Below the pieces are notes generated by a model. That model saw only the letters and a list, made by a program, of their open reading frames with translations. It was not told the origin of the DNA and did not search any database. Of a stretch of DNA of 64,000 nucleotides, positions 1 to 8,694 are shown one piece after another (position 1 is the stretch's first letter; each line of letters opens with the position of its first letter). Made by a program: the position numbers and the translations under genes. This stretch comes from a virus: positions 3,944 through 67,943 of the IMG/VR virus record IMGVR_UViG_3300038675_001020, one strand, 5' to 3'.

Positions 1-91
1 GCGTCAGGCGGGGCTGCAATCTGCTGCTCGCCCGGCTGATTACCGGCTGGCGCAGCCTGACGAAGGCGTTGGCGGAGAGGCTGGTGGGCGC

Positions 92-393
92 ATGAGCCGC
101 AAATCAGTCGGGATTAACACTGGCAAAGAGCAACCCTGTCCGCTGGACGATCCGGAGGCGCGCCTGACCTACAAGAACACCGAGGGCTACGCCGATCCTA
201 CCTGCTTCTATGCCCTGTGCAACGTGATGCGCGAGGAAAAGGCGAAGAAGCGCGCTGGCAGGCCGGATCAGAACCACTCAAGAGACGCGCCGAAACCCTG
301 TCATGCCGCAGGCGGCAGTCCAGCGCCGCACAAACCCCAGAAAAGGCGATTCAACACACAGGTCATTCACTACGACGAGCGAGGGGACGAGAT

Positions 394-397
<4 letters not shown>
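92..397 (+). CDS. Phage hypothetical protein (KNxEGYxDPT motif)
   Basis: ATG ORF whose stop overlaps the metK start (ATGA at 394-397). Confidence 0.6.
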
Positions 398-1566
<1,169 letters not shown>

Positions 1567-1657
1567 GGCAAATGGGAATGCGCTTTATCCGCGCGCCCGC
1601 TCAAAAGTTCAGTCCATTGAACACCATTATTGCAGACTAAAGAAACGGAGGGAACAT

Positions 1658-2071
1658 ATGTCGAAGATCAAGATGCTGCTGGACGTGGTGCAGGATATGC
1701 GCAGCCTGACGGACAGTCTGGAGGCGCTGGCCCGCGCCATCGAGGAGCCGGAAGAACAGCAGGGCGATGCGGTCAGGATGGAGCAGGTTGCCATCGTGCC
1801 CGAGCAGACCAACGAGCCTGTGCAGGAGCAGACCGCTGGGAACAAGAAGCCCGCCACGCAGGTGCCGTGCGTTCCTGTAGCCGAAAACCTCGCGCCTGAT
1901 GCGCCCAAGCTGCCTACGCTGGTGGAGCTGCGCGCCTTCGTAGCAGCCCGCTCCACGCCGCAGACCCGCCCCAGGATCCGCGCGCTGTTGGCTGGGCACG
2001 GCGTGGCCAAGCTCACCGACCTGCCGGAAAGCGACTACCTCGACCTGATGCGGGAGGTAGAAGCGCTGTGA
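1658..2071 (+). CDS. Phage replication-module hypothetical protein
   Basis: GGAGGG RBS; MSKIKMLLDVV...KLTDLPESDY type that precedes DUF2800 genes. Confidence 0.75.
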   Translation: MSKIKMLLDVVQDMRSLTDSLEALARAIEEPEEQQGDAVRMEQVAIVPEQTNEPVQEQTAGNKKPATQVPCVPVAENLAPDAPKLPTLVELRAFVAARSTPQTRPRIRALLAGHGVAKLTDLPESDYLDLMREVEAL

Positions 2072-3270
2072 GCGAGATGACCCAAGCCACTGGCAATATA
2101 GACCATGCTGCCCGCGCACACGCCGCATTGAGCGCCTCATCCTCCCACCGCTGGCTCATGTGTCCTCCCAGCGTAAAACTCTCGGAGCAGTTCGCGGACA
2201 AGCCCTCTGTCTACGCGGAGGAGGGAACTTTCCTCCACGAGCTGTCCGAGATGAAACTGCACCGATATCTGGGCGACATGACCCCTGAAGTACTGGAAGC
2301 ACAGTACGTGGAGCATCGCGACAACGACTTCTACAGCGACGAGGCCGAGAACGTAACTGACGAGTACGTAGACTTTTGCATTGAGACGATTGAGGCCGTG
2401 CGCGCCTCCTGCCCGGATCCGCTGATTCTGGTGGAACACCGGCTGGACTTCTCAGAATATGTGCCGGACGGCTTTGGCACGGGTGATCTGGTCATCGTGG
2501 CCGACGGCGTGCTGGAAATTGTTGATTTCAAAGGCGGGCGCGGCGTAAGGGTGGAGGCGGATCACAATAGCCAGCTCATGTTGTACGGTTTGGGTGCGCT
2601 GCTGGAGTTTGAAGCACTGTACGACATCCAAACTGTGCGCATGAGTATCGTGCAGCCGAGGCTGAACAACATCTCGACGTTTGAAATGCCTGCCGGGGAG
2701 CTGCTCCAATGGGCAAAGACGGAGGTGCGTCCCAGAGCGCTGCTGGCGGCGAGGGGCGAAGGCGAGTTCTGCGCGGGCGAGTGGTGCCGCTTTTGCAAGG
2801 CGCGGTACACCTGCCGCAAGCGCAGTGAATACCACATGCGGCTGGCTGAGCGCGACTTTAAGCAACCCGACCTGCTGACCGACGAAGAAATTCTCGACAT
2901 CCTGCCCGTGGCGGAGAGCTTGAACAACTGGGTACAGGATCTTATCGCCTATGCGACACAGCAGGCGGTGAACGGTAGGGACTGGCCGGGTTACAAGCTG
3001 GTGGCGGGGCGCAGCGTGCGTAGGTACACCAGCGAGGCTGAGGTCATCAAGGCTGCGACGGAGGCAGGCTTCACGGACATCTACAAGACCACGCTGCTGG
3101 GCGTAGGCGATCTGGAGAAGCGCATGGGTAGGAAGAAGTTCTCCGAGGTGCTGGGCAAATACGTCGTCAAGCCCGTGGGCGCGCCTCAGCTCGTGCCCGA
3201 AAGCGACCCCCGCAAGCCGTATTCCGACGCGGCGAGCGATTTCAATGACACTTCCAGCGATCAATATTAA
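2068..3270 (+). CDS. DUF2800 PD-(D/E)XK (Cas4-like) nuclease
   Basis: HAALSASSSHRWLMCPPS, FGTGD, IVDFKGG, QLMLYGLG, C-terminal WCRFCK..C cluster. Confidence 0.88.
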   Translation: MSEMTQATGNIDHAARAHAALSASSSHRWLMCPPSVKLSEQFADKPSVYAEEGTFLHELSEMKLHRYLGDMTPEVLEAQYVEHRDNDFYSDEAENVTDEYVDFCIETIEAVRASCPDPLILVEHRLDFSEYVPDGFGTGDLVIVADGVLEIVDFKGGRGVRVEADHNSQLMLYGLGALLEFEALYDIQTVRMSIVQPRLNNISTFEMPAGELLQWAKTEVRPRALLAARGEGEFCAGEWCRFCKARYTCRKRSEYHMRLAERDFKQPDLLTDEEILDILPVAESLNNWVQDLIAYATQQAVNGRDWPGYKLVAGRSVRRYTSEAEVIKAATEAGFTDIYKTTLLGVGDLEKRMGRKKFSEVLGKYVVKPVGAPQLVPESDPRKPYSDAASDFNDTSSDQY

Positions 3271-3303
3271 GGACAGCCCATCAGGGCAGAAAGGGAACCA
3301 ACC

Positions 3304-3843
3304 ATGGCAACGAAAGTCATCACCGGCAAGGTGCGCGCATCCTTCGTCCACATCTTTGAGCCGCAGAGTGTGAACGGCTCGGAACCCAAGTACAGCTGCT
3401 CGTTCATCATCCCCAAGAGCGACGCGGAGACCATCGGCAAGATCAAGGCGGCTATCGAGGAGGCCAAGCAGAACGGCGTGAGCAAGTGGGGCGGGAAGAC
3501 CCCGGCAAACCTGAAGCTGCCGCTGCGCGACGGCGACGTCGAGCGCCCGGACGACCCGGCGTATGCGGACGCCTACTTTGTCAACGCCAACAGCCGCGAG
3601 AAGCCCGGCGTGGTGGACCGCAGGCGCATTCCGATCACCGACCCGCTGATGGTGTACTCCGGCTGCTATGTGCGGGCGTCGATCAGCTTCTATCCCTTCA
3701 ACACCAACGGGAATCGCGGCATTGCCTGCGGCCTGCAGAATATCCAGTTCTGGTGCGACGGCGAGCCGCTGAATGGCCGCGTGCGCGCCGAGGACGAGTT
3801 CGATGCGCTGGACGGCGTGGATGATGAGGACTTTCTGGACTGA
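3304..3843 (+). CDS. DUF2815 single-stranded DNA-binding protein (T7 gp2.5-like)
   Basis: KYSCSFIIPK, PLRDGD, YSGCYVRAS, GIACGLQNIQ, acidic tail DDEDFLD. Confidence 0.9.
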   Translation: MATKVITGKVRASFVHIFEPQSVNGSEPKYSCSFIIPKSDAETIGKIKAAIEEAKQNGVSKWGGKTPANLKLPLRDGDVERPDDPAYADAYFVNANSREKPGVVDRRRIPITDPLMVYSGCYVRASISFYPFNTNGNRGIACGLQNIQFWCDGEPLNGRVRAEDEFDALDGVDDEDFLD

Positions 3844-3873
3844 GATCAGGGGATTGGCCTGATAGAATAAACC

Positions 3874-3905
3874 AAGCCGCCCGTGGCGTTTGCTGCGGGC
3901 GGCGC
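3874..3905. terminator. Hairpin between convergent SSB and HEPN toxin genes
   Basis: gccgcccgtggc...gctgcgggcggc inverted repeat. Confidence 0.5.
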
Positions 3906-3937
3906 ATTCTTGAAAGTGCAGTTTGATAGAGAAACGA

Positions 3938-4288
3938 TCAGGAATTTTCCTCCGGCGGGTGCGCCAGCAGTTCGTTTTTGAGCGCAGGCACATCCTGCGT
4001 AATCGTAAGCCAGATGTTGGCAGGACGAATAATTTCATACTGGTGGGCGGCGATATTGCGCAAGCCACGAATCTCTTTCCAGGGAATGCTGCTCGTTGCA
4101 AGCCGATACTCCTCGGAAAAAGATTTGGACAACTCCGCGATGTTGATCAGCGTCATCATCACGGCTTTTTGGGCAAGACGGGATTGCGCGAAGCTTTCCT
4201 CCGTTTCGTTGGCAATGAACGCTTCGATATCTGCAATTTCCCGCAGTATTTTCTTGCGAATGGTTACATCGCGCCGCTTAGCTTCCAT
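3938..4288 (-). CDS. hepT: HEPN/DUF86 (HepT-like) RNase toxin
   Basis: IPWKEIRGLRNIAAHQY (RX4HXY motif); downstream of an MNT gene. Confidence 0.88.
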   Translation of the reverse strand: MEAKRRDVTIRKKILREIADIEAFIANETEESFAQSRLAQKAVMMTLINIAELSKSFSEEYRLATSSIPWKEIRGLRNIAAHQYEIIRPANIWLTITQDVPALKNELLAHPPEENS

Positions 4289-4565
4289 AGAGCACCACCG
4301 TTTCTCCAATTTCAAGATCGCTGTCCGGCTGAAGTGGAATCTCGATCACGTCAACGTCAATCTTCAGCATTTCGGCAAGCGCTTCCTGAAAGCCAAACAA
4401 CTTCAGGAGGGAAACCGGCGATTCGTTGAATTCAACCAGAAAATCTGCGTCGCTGTGTTCTTGAGCTGTACCGCTGGCGTAGGAACCAAAGAGTTCGACC
4501 TTTTTAATCGGGAAGGCCGGCGCAACGGTTTCTACTGCCTGACGAATGTGGTTCATGCTGACCAT
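4278..4565 (-). CDS. mntA: Minimal nucleotidyltransferase (MNT) antitoxin
   Basis: LFGSYASG...SDADFLVEF...VDVI; GAGGAGG RBS. Confidence 0.88.
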   Translation of the reverse strand: MVSMNHIRQAVETVAPAFPIKKVELFGSYASGTAQEHSDADFLVEFNESPVSLLKLFGFQEALAEMLKIDVDVIEIPLQPDSDLEIGETVVLYGS

Positions 4566-4607
4566 TTGCGCACCTCCTCAGAACAGGTTGGAAACTGCCC
4601 CACTCGT

Positions 4608-4636
4608 ATTATACCCGAAAAATCAAGTGAAATCAA
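4608..4636 (-). promoter_or_regulatory. Sigma70/SigA promoter of the MNT-HEPN operon
   Basis: Minus strand TTGATT-17 bp-TATAAT. Confidence 0.75.
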
Positions 4637-4677
4637 CCGCGGCAACGGAAAGTAACGTGAGATAGAAAAAAACGGAG

Positions 4678-7600
4678 GTGATGCGCTTGCGCGTTTTGCA
4701 TCTGGACATTGAAACCTACTCCTCTGCCCCACTCCCTAAGTGCGGAGTATATCGCTATTGCGACTCGTCGGACTTCGAGATCCTGCTGCTGTCCTACGCC
4801 TTTGACGATGGGCCGGTAATAACCGTAGACCTGGCCTGTGGTGAAACGCTGCCGGACGAATTCCTCAAAGCGCTGGAAGACCCGAACATCCTGAAAATCG
4901 CGCACAATGCCGCGTTTGAGCGCGCGTGCTTTTCCAATCTTATCGGTCATTGGCTCGATCCAGCGCAATGGCGCTGCACAATGGTCATGGCGTGGTATTC
5001 CACATTGCCCGGCAGGCTGGCCGATGTGGCGGTGGTGCTGAACGTGACGGAGAAGAAGATGGAGGAAGGCAAAGACCTGATCCGCTACTTCTCCGCTCCC
5101 TGCAAGCCGACCAGGACCAACGGCGGGCGCACGCGCAACCTGCCGCAGCACGCGCCGGAGAAGTGGGTAATGTACAAGAAATACAACGCGCAGGATGTGG
5201 AAACCGAGCGCGCGGTCTATCATGCGCTACTTAAGCATCCACTGCCTGAGCACGAATGGGAACTGTACGCGCTCGACCAGCGGATCAATGACCGGGGCGT
5301 GCGGGTGGATCGGCTGCTGGTCAAACAGGCGATGGCGGTCGATCTGGCTTTTAGCCGGCAGGCGTTCCAGCGGGCACAGGAGTTGACAGGGCTGGAAAAC
5401 CCCGGCAGCGTAAGCCAGCTCAAGGCGTGGCTAGCCGATATGGACATGCCCATGGAGAGCCTGTCCAAGCGCATCGTGCAGGAGAAGGCTGCTGAGGCGG
5501 AGGGCATCGTCAAAGAACTGCTGGAGCTGCGTTTGGAACTGAGCAAGACATCGATCAAGAAGTACGAGGCCATGGCAAGAACGGTTTGCAGGGACGGACG
5601 GGTACATGGGATGCTGCAGTTTGGCGGCGCGTCGCGCACATTCAGATGGGCCGGACGTCTGGTGCAATTGCAAAACGTGCCCCAGAATCATTTGCCCGAT
5701 CTGCGCCTCGCCAGAGATATCGTGAAGCGCAGCGACGAGGAACAGCTGGAATTGCTGTTCGGGTCTGTGCCGGGCACGCTCTCTGAGCTGATCCGCACAG
5801 CGTTCATCCCCAAAGATGGATGCCGTTTTATCGTGGCGGACTTCTCAGCCATTGAAGCGCGGGTGCTGGCATGGCTGGCCGGGGAGGAATGGGTGCTGGA
5901 TGAGTTCCGGGGCAATGGCAAAATCTACGAGGCGACAGCCAGCCGCATGTTCCACGTCCCGCAGGAGACCATCGTCAAGGGGCATCCAAATTACGAATAC
6001 CGGCAGAAGGGGAAGCAGGCGACTTTGAGCTGTATCGCAGAAGGACAGCTCGTCTTGACAGATCAGGGATTGGTGCCCATCGAGCAGATTCAGCTGCACC
6101 ACAAGGTGTGGGATGGAGAGAATTGGGTACCGCATGAAGGACTTGTGTACCGTGGAAGAAGGGAGGTCATTACCTATGAAGGACTCACAGCAACGGCAGA
6201 CCATCTCGTCTGGGTGAAAGGACAGACACCTCCAATTCCGTTCGAGCAGGCTGCCGCCAACGAACTGCACCTCGCAGGGTGCGGGCAGACAGTACAGCAT
6301 AATCCCAATGAGTTCAATCGGGGCGTAGCCAGAGTGTATGACCTACGAAATGCCGGACCACATCACCGTTTTACCGTATCGGGGCATCTCGTCCATAACT
6401 GCGGCTACGGCGGCGGAGTCGGCGCACTGAAAGCCATGGGAGCGAAAATGGCCGAGGAGGAAATGCAGCCACTGGTGGACGCATGGCGCGCGGCCAATCC
6501 GCACATCGTGCAGTTCTGGTATGCGCTTGGGAATGCCGCCTCGGAGGTGATTGAGAAACACAATAGCGTCCGAGTGGGCAAGGTGAAGGTGTACTGGCAG
6601 GATAATCGGCTGCTGATCCGCCTGCCCAGCGGACGCGATCTGTGTTACCTCTCTCCGCGCTTTGTGACCAATCGCTTTGGTAGCCGGGGCATTGGATATC
6701 TGGCAGCATCCGCCAATGGAAAGATGGAGATGCAGGAGACCTTTGGCGGCAAGATTGTCGAGAACTGTTTGGCTGAAGGAACGCTTGTCATAACCAATTT
6801 CGGTCTTGTGCCAATAGAGCATATTTCTGCTTCACATCTCGTTTGGGATGGTGAAGCTTTTGTTCACCACGGGGGTGTGCTTTCCAAAGGGGTACAGCCA
6901 ACGATCTGTGTTAATGGGATATGGATGACAACAGAACACAAAATCCTTACAGAGAAAGGAATGGCAGCTTGTGGGCAAAGCGAGGGACTTAACTGGGCAT
7001 CAGTACAGCTACCTGACGGTTTTGAAGAGGGAGGGAAGCAACAGACACGGCAAACCGACGTGGAGATGCAGATGCGTTTGCGGCAGAGAGATTGTGGTTC
7101 CGGGATACTATCTCAACAGAAAAGGCAGAAAATATCATCAGCGTTCGTGCGGATGCATGAAAAACAAGCTGATCAGCCAGGCACAGACAAAGCATGGCAT
7201 GAGCCACCATCCCGCATTTGCGGTGTGGCATTCTATGAAGCAGCGGTGCGAAGACCCACAGCATCGGGCGTACCAAAACTATGGGGGACGCGGAATCAAA
7301 GTGTGCGAAGAATGGCAGCGCAGCTTCGAAACGTTCTGGCACGACATGGGACCAACGTACAAGCAGGGTTTGGAACTGGATCGGATAGACAACGACAAGG
7401 GATATTGCGCAGAAAATTGTCGCTGGGTAGAACGCAAAATCAACGCCCGAAACCGCAGGGTAACGAGGTTGATCGACACACCCTATGGCAGAATGTCGGT
7501 GGCGGAGCTGTGCGAACTAACGGGCATTGGAGAAACGACGATTTTGTATCGATTGGATCACAAGTGGCCGACAGAATTTCTATGTGCAAAACCCGACTAC

Positions 7601-7911
7601 CGAAATGTGTATACGACATCAGGAATTGTGGTCCGAGGCACAGATTCGCAGTGTGGGCAAATGGACATGCACGAGTAGTAAGCAACTGTACCCAAGCCAT
7701 CGCCCGCGATCTGCTGGCGCACGCCATGCAGAATCTCGAAGTGGCGGGCTACCCCATCGTGTTCCACGTCCACGATGAAGCGGTCATGGAGGTACCCATC
7801 GGTCAGGGAAGCGTGGAGGAAGCCTGCCGCATCATGGCCATTCCGCCGGACTGGGCGCAGGACTTGCCGCTTCGGGCGGACGGCGAGGAGATGGAGTTCT
7901 ACCGGAAATAA
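4678..7911 (+). CDS. polA: Phage family A DNA polymerase precursor containing two inteins
   Basis: Exo motifs LDIETYS and AHNAAFER; motif A DFSAIEARVLAW; motif B RQKGKQATLS/CGYG split by intein 1; motif C FHVHDEAV. Confidence 0.95.
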   Translation: MMRLRVLHLDIETYSSAPLPKCGVYRYCDSSDFEILLLSYAFDDGPVITVDLACGETLPDEFLKALEDPNILKIAHNAAFERACFSNLIGHWLDPAQWRCTMVMAWYSTLPGRLADVAVVLNVTEKKMEEGKDLIRYFSAPCKPTRTNGGRTRNLPQHAPEKWVMYKKYNAQDVETERAVYHALLKHPLPEHEWELYALDQRINDRGVRVDRLLVKQAMAVDLAFSRQAFQRAQELTGLENPGSVSQLKAWLADMDMPMESLSKRIVQEKAAEAEGIVKELLELRLELSKTSIKKYEAMARTVCRDGRVHGMLQFGGASRTFRWAGRLVQLQNVPQNHLPDLRLARDIVKRSDEEQLELLFGSVPGTLSELIRTAFIPKDGCRFIVADFSAIEARVLAWLAGEEWVLDEFRGNGKIYEATASRMFHVPQETIVKGHPNYEYRQKGKQATLSCIAEGQLVLTDQGLVPIEQIQLHHKVWDGENWVPHEGLVYRGRREVITYEGLTATADHLVWVKGQTPPIPFEQAAANELHLAGCGQTVQHNPNEFNRGVARVYDLRNAGPHHRFTVSGHLVHNCGYGGGVGALKAMGAKMAEEEMQPLVDAWRAANPHIVQFWYALGNAASEVIEKHNSVRVGKVKVYWQDNRLLIRLPSGRDLCYLSPRFVTNRFGSRGIGYLAASANGKMEMQETFGGKIVENCLAEGTLVITNFGLVPIEHISASHLVWDGEAFVHHGGVLSKGVQPTICVNGIWMTTEHKILTEKGMAACGQSEGLNWASVQLPDGFEEGGKQQTRQTDVEMQMRLRQRDCGSGILSQQKRQKISSAFVRMHEKQADQPGTDKAWHEPPSRICGVAFYEAAVRRPTASGVPKLWGTRNQSVRRMAAQLRNVLARHGTNVQAGFGTGSDRQRQGILRRKLSLGRTQNQRPKPQGNEVDRHTLWQNVGGGAVRTNGHWRNDDFVSIGSQVADRISMCKTRLPKCVYDIRNCGPRHRFAVWANGHARVVSNCTQAIARDLLAHAMQNLEVAGYPIVFHVHDEAVMEVPIGQGSVEEACRIMAIPPDWAQDLPLRADGEEMEFYRK
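6031..6399 (+). mobile_element. Mini-intein 1 (123 aa) in polymerase motif B
   Basis: Starts CIAEGQLVLT, block B TADH, ends VYDL...HLVHN followed by extein Cys; removal restores QATLS-CGYGGG. Confidence 0.93.
6766..7686 (+). mobile_element. Intein 2 (307 aa) with out-of-frame endonuclease cargo
   Basis: Starts CLAEGTLVIT, block B TTEH, ends VYDIRNCGPRHRF...VVSN followed by Cys; removal restores GKIVEN-CTQAIARD. Confidence 0.92.
6971..7678 (+). CDS. HNH-type homing endonuclease nested in the +1 frame inside intein 2
   Basis: DLTG..Y..LTV..WRCRCVCG..SCGC, WHSMKQRC, YGGRGIKVCEEW, LDRIDNDKGYCAENCRW..NARN, C-terminal HTH-like segment; GTG start 10 nt after GAAAGGA. Confidence 0.9.
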   Translation: MGKARDLTGHQYSYLTVLKREGSNRHGKPTWRCRCVCGREIVVPGYYLNRKGRKYHQRSCGCMKNKLISQAQTKHGMSHHPAFAVWHSMKQRCEDPQHRAYQNYGGRGIKVCEEWQRSFETFWHDMGPTYKQGLELDRIDNDKGYCAENCRWVERKINARNRRVTRLIDTPYGRMSVAELCELTGIGETTILYRLDHKWPTEFLCAKPDYRNVYTTSGIVVRGTDSQCGQMDMHE

Positions 7912-7938
7912 CTTCATTGCCCGTATCAAACTGTTCAC

Positions 7939-7970
7939 TTGACTTTTCATCGGGATAGAGTGAGTAATAT
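7939..7970 (+). promoter_or_regulatory. Accessory-gene promoter-like motif, copy 1
   Basis: TTGACT-N13-GAGTGAGTAATA; one of six copies with identical spacing. Confidence 0.65.
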
Positions 7971-7998
7971 GCTACCGCGAGAAAGGAGGGCTCGAAAT

Positions 7999-8286
7999 AT
8001 GCCCGTACAAGAGAATCTCAGCCATTCCGACCTGCCCAATCTGACCTACGACGCCGTGCTCAAGTTGCCCGAGGGTGCACACATTGCGCACGTCAATTCC
8101 GAAAAGTGCATGGTGATCCGATTGCGGCAGGGCTACACGCTGACCACTGTTACTCCGGATAAACGCCTGCGCGTCCAGTATTACAGCGAACGCGCGCACC
8201 TGTTCTGGGAGGACATCGTGGAGAACGCATTCAGAGACAGAACCAAACGAGCGAGGAGGGACACAAATGAGAATCCTGATCGTTGA
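7999..8286 (+). CDS. Hypothetical protein
   Basis: AAAGGAGG RBS before ATG 7999. Confidence 0.7.
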   Translation: MPVQENLSHSDLPNLTYDAVLKLPEGAHIAHVNSEKCMVIRLRQGYTLTTVTPDKRLRVQYYSERAHLFWEDIVENAFRDRTKRARRDTNENPDR

Positions 8287-8617
8287 ACCCGGTAAGCGTC
8301 CTCGCGCGGCGGACATCCCGTACACGCTCAAGGCCATGCAGAGCGTTGTCGGCGGACTGATTACGGCCATTTATCCGTGGGGTGACCCCGTCGCGCTGGT
8401 CTGCGATGACGAGGGATTGCTCAAGGGCTATGAGCTCAACCGTCAGGTATCCAGGGACGTGATCATTGCAGGCACATTTTTCATCTGCGGACTGGCAGAA
8501 GACAATTTCACCAGCCTGCCGGACGAATCCATGGAGAAGTATGAGCGCCTGTTCCGCTATCCTGAGATATTTGTGCGCACGGAGGCGGGCGTGATGGCCA
8601 TACCGCTGAAGGAGTAA
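8267..8617 (+). CDS. DUF3846 family protein
   Basis: LIVEPGK, LKAMQSVVGG, LVCDDEG, LNR, IAGTFFICG. Confidence 0.8.
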   Translation: MRILIVEPGKRPRAADIPYTLKAMQSVVGGLITAIYPWGDPVALVCDDEGLLKGYELNRQVSRDVIIAGTFFICGLAEDNFTSLPDESMEKYERLFRYPEIFVRTEAGVMAIPLKE

Positions 8618-8694
8618 ACACCGATGTGCAACCGCGAGGCTCGCTGGAAGGCGCGCCTCTTTTTTGTGCCGAGAAACAGTTGGGAGGTTTATGT

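Noticed and set aside
1-70. CCTGACGA near the window start as another hammerhead
   Set aside because: No following stem II-GAAA-stem III-UC arrangement; probably the end of an upstream coding sequence.
2068-3270. Cas4-like nuclease as evidence of CRISPR-Cas
   Set aside because: The DUF2800-DUF2815-polA context is a standard phage replication module.
6971-7678. HNH ORF as cargo of a group I intron, or polA as a frameshifted pseudogene
   Set aside because: The HNH ORF fills the space between the intein blocks, leaving no room for an intron core, and the polymerase frame is uninterrupted with intact intein ends.
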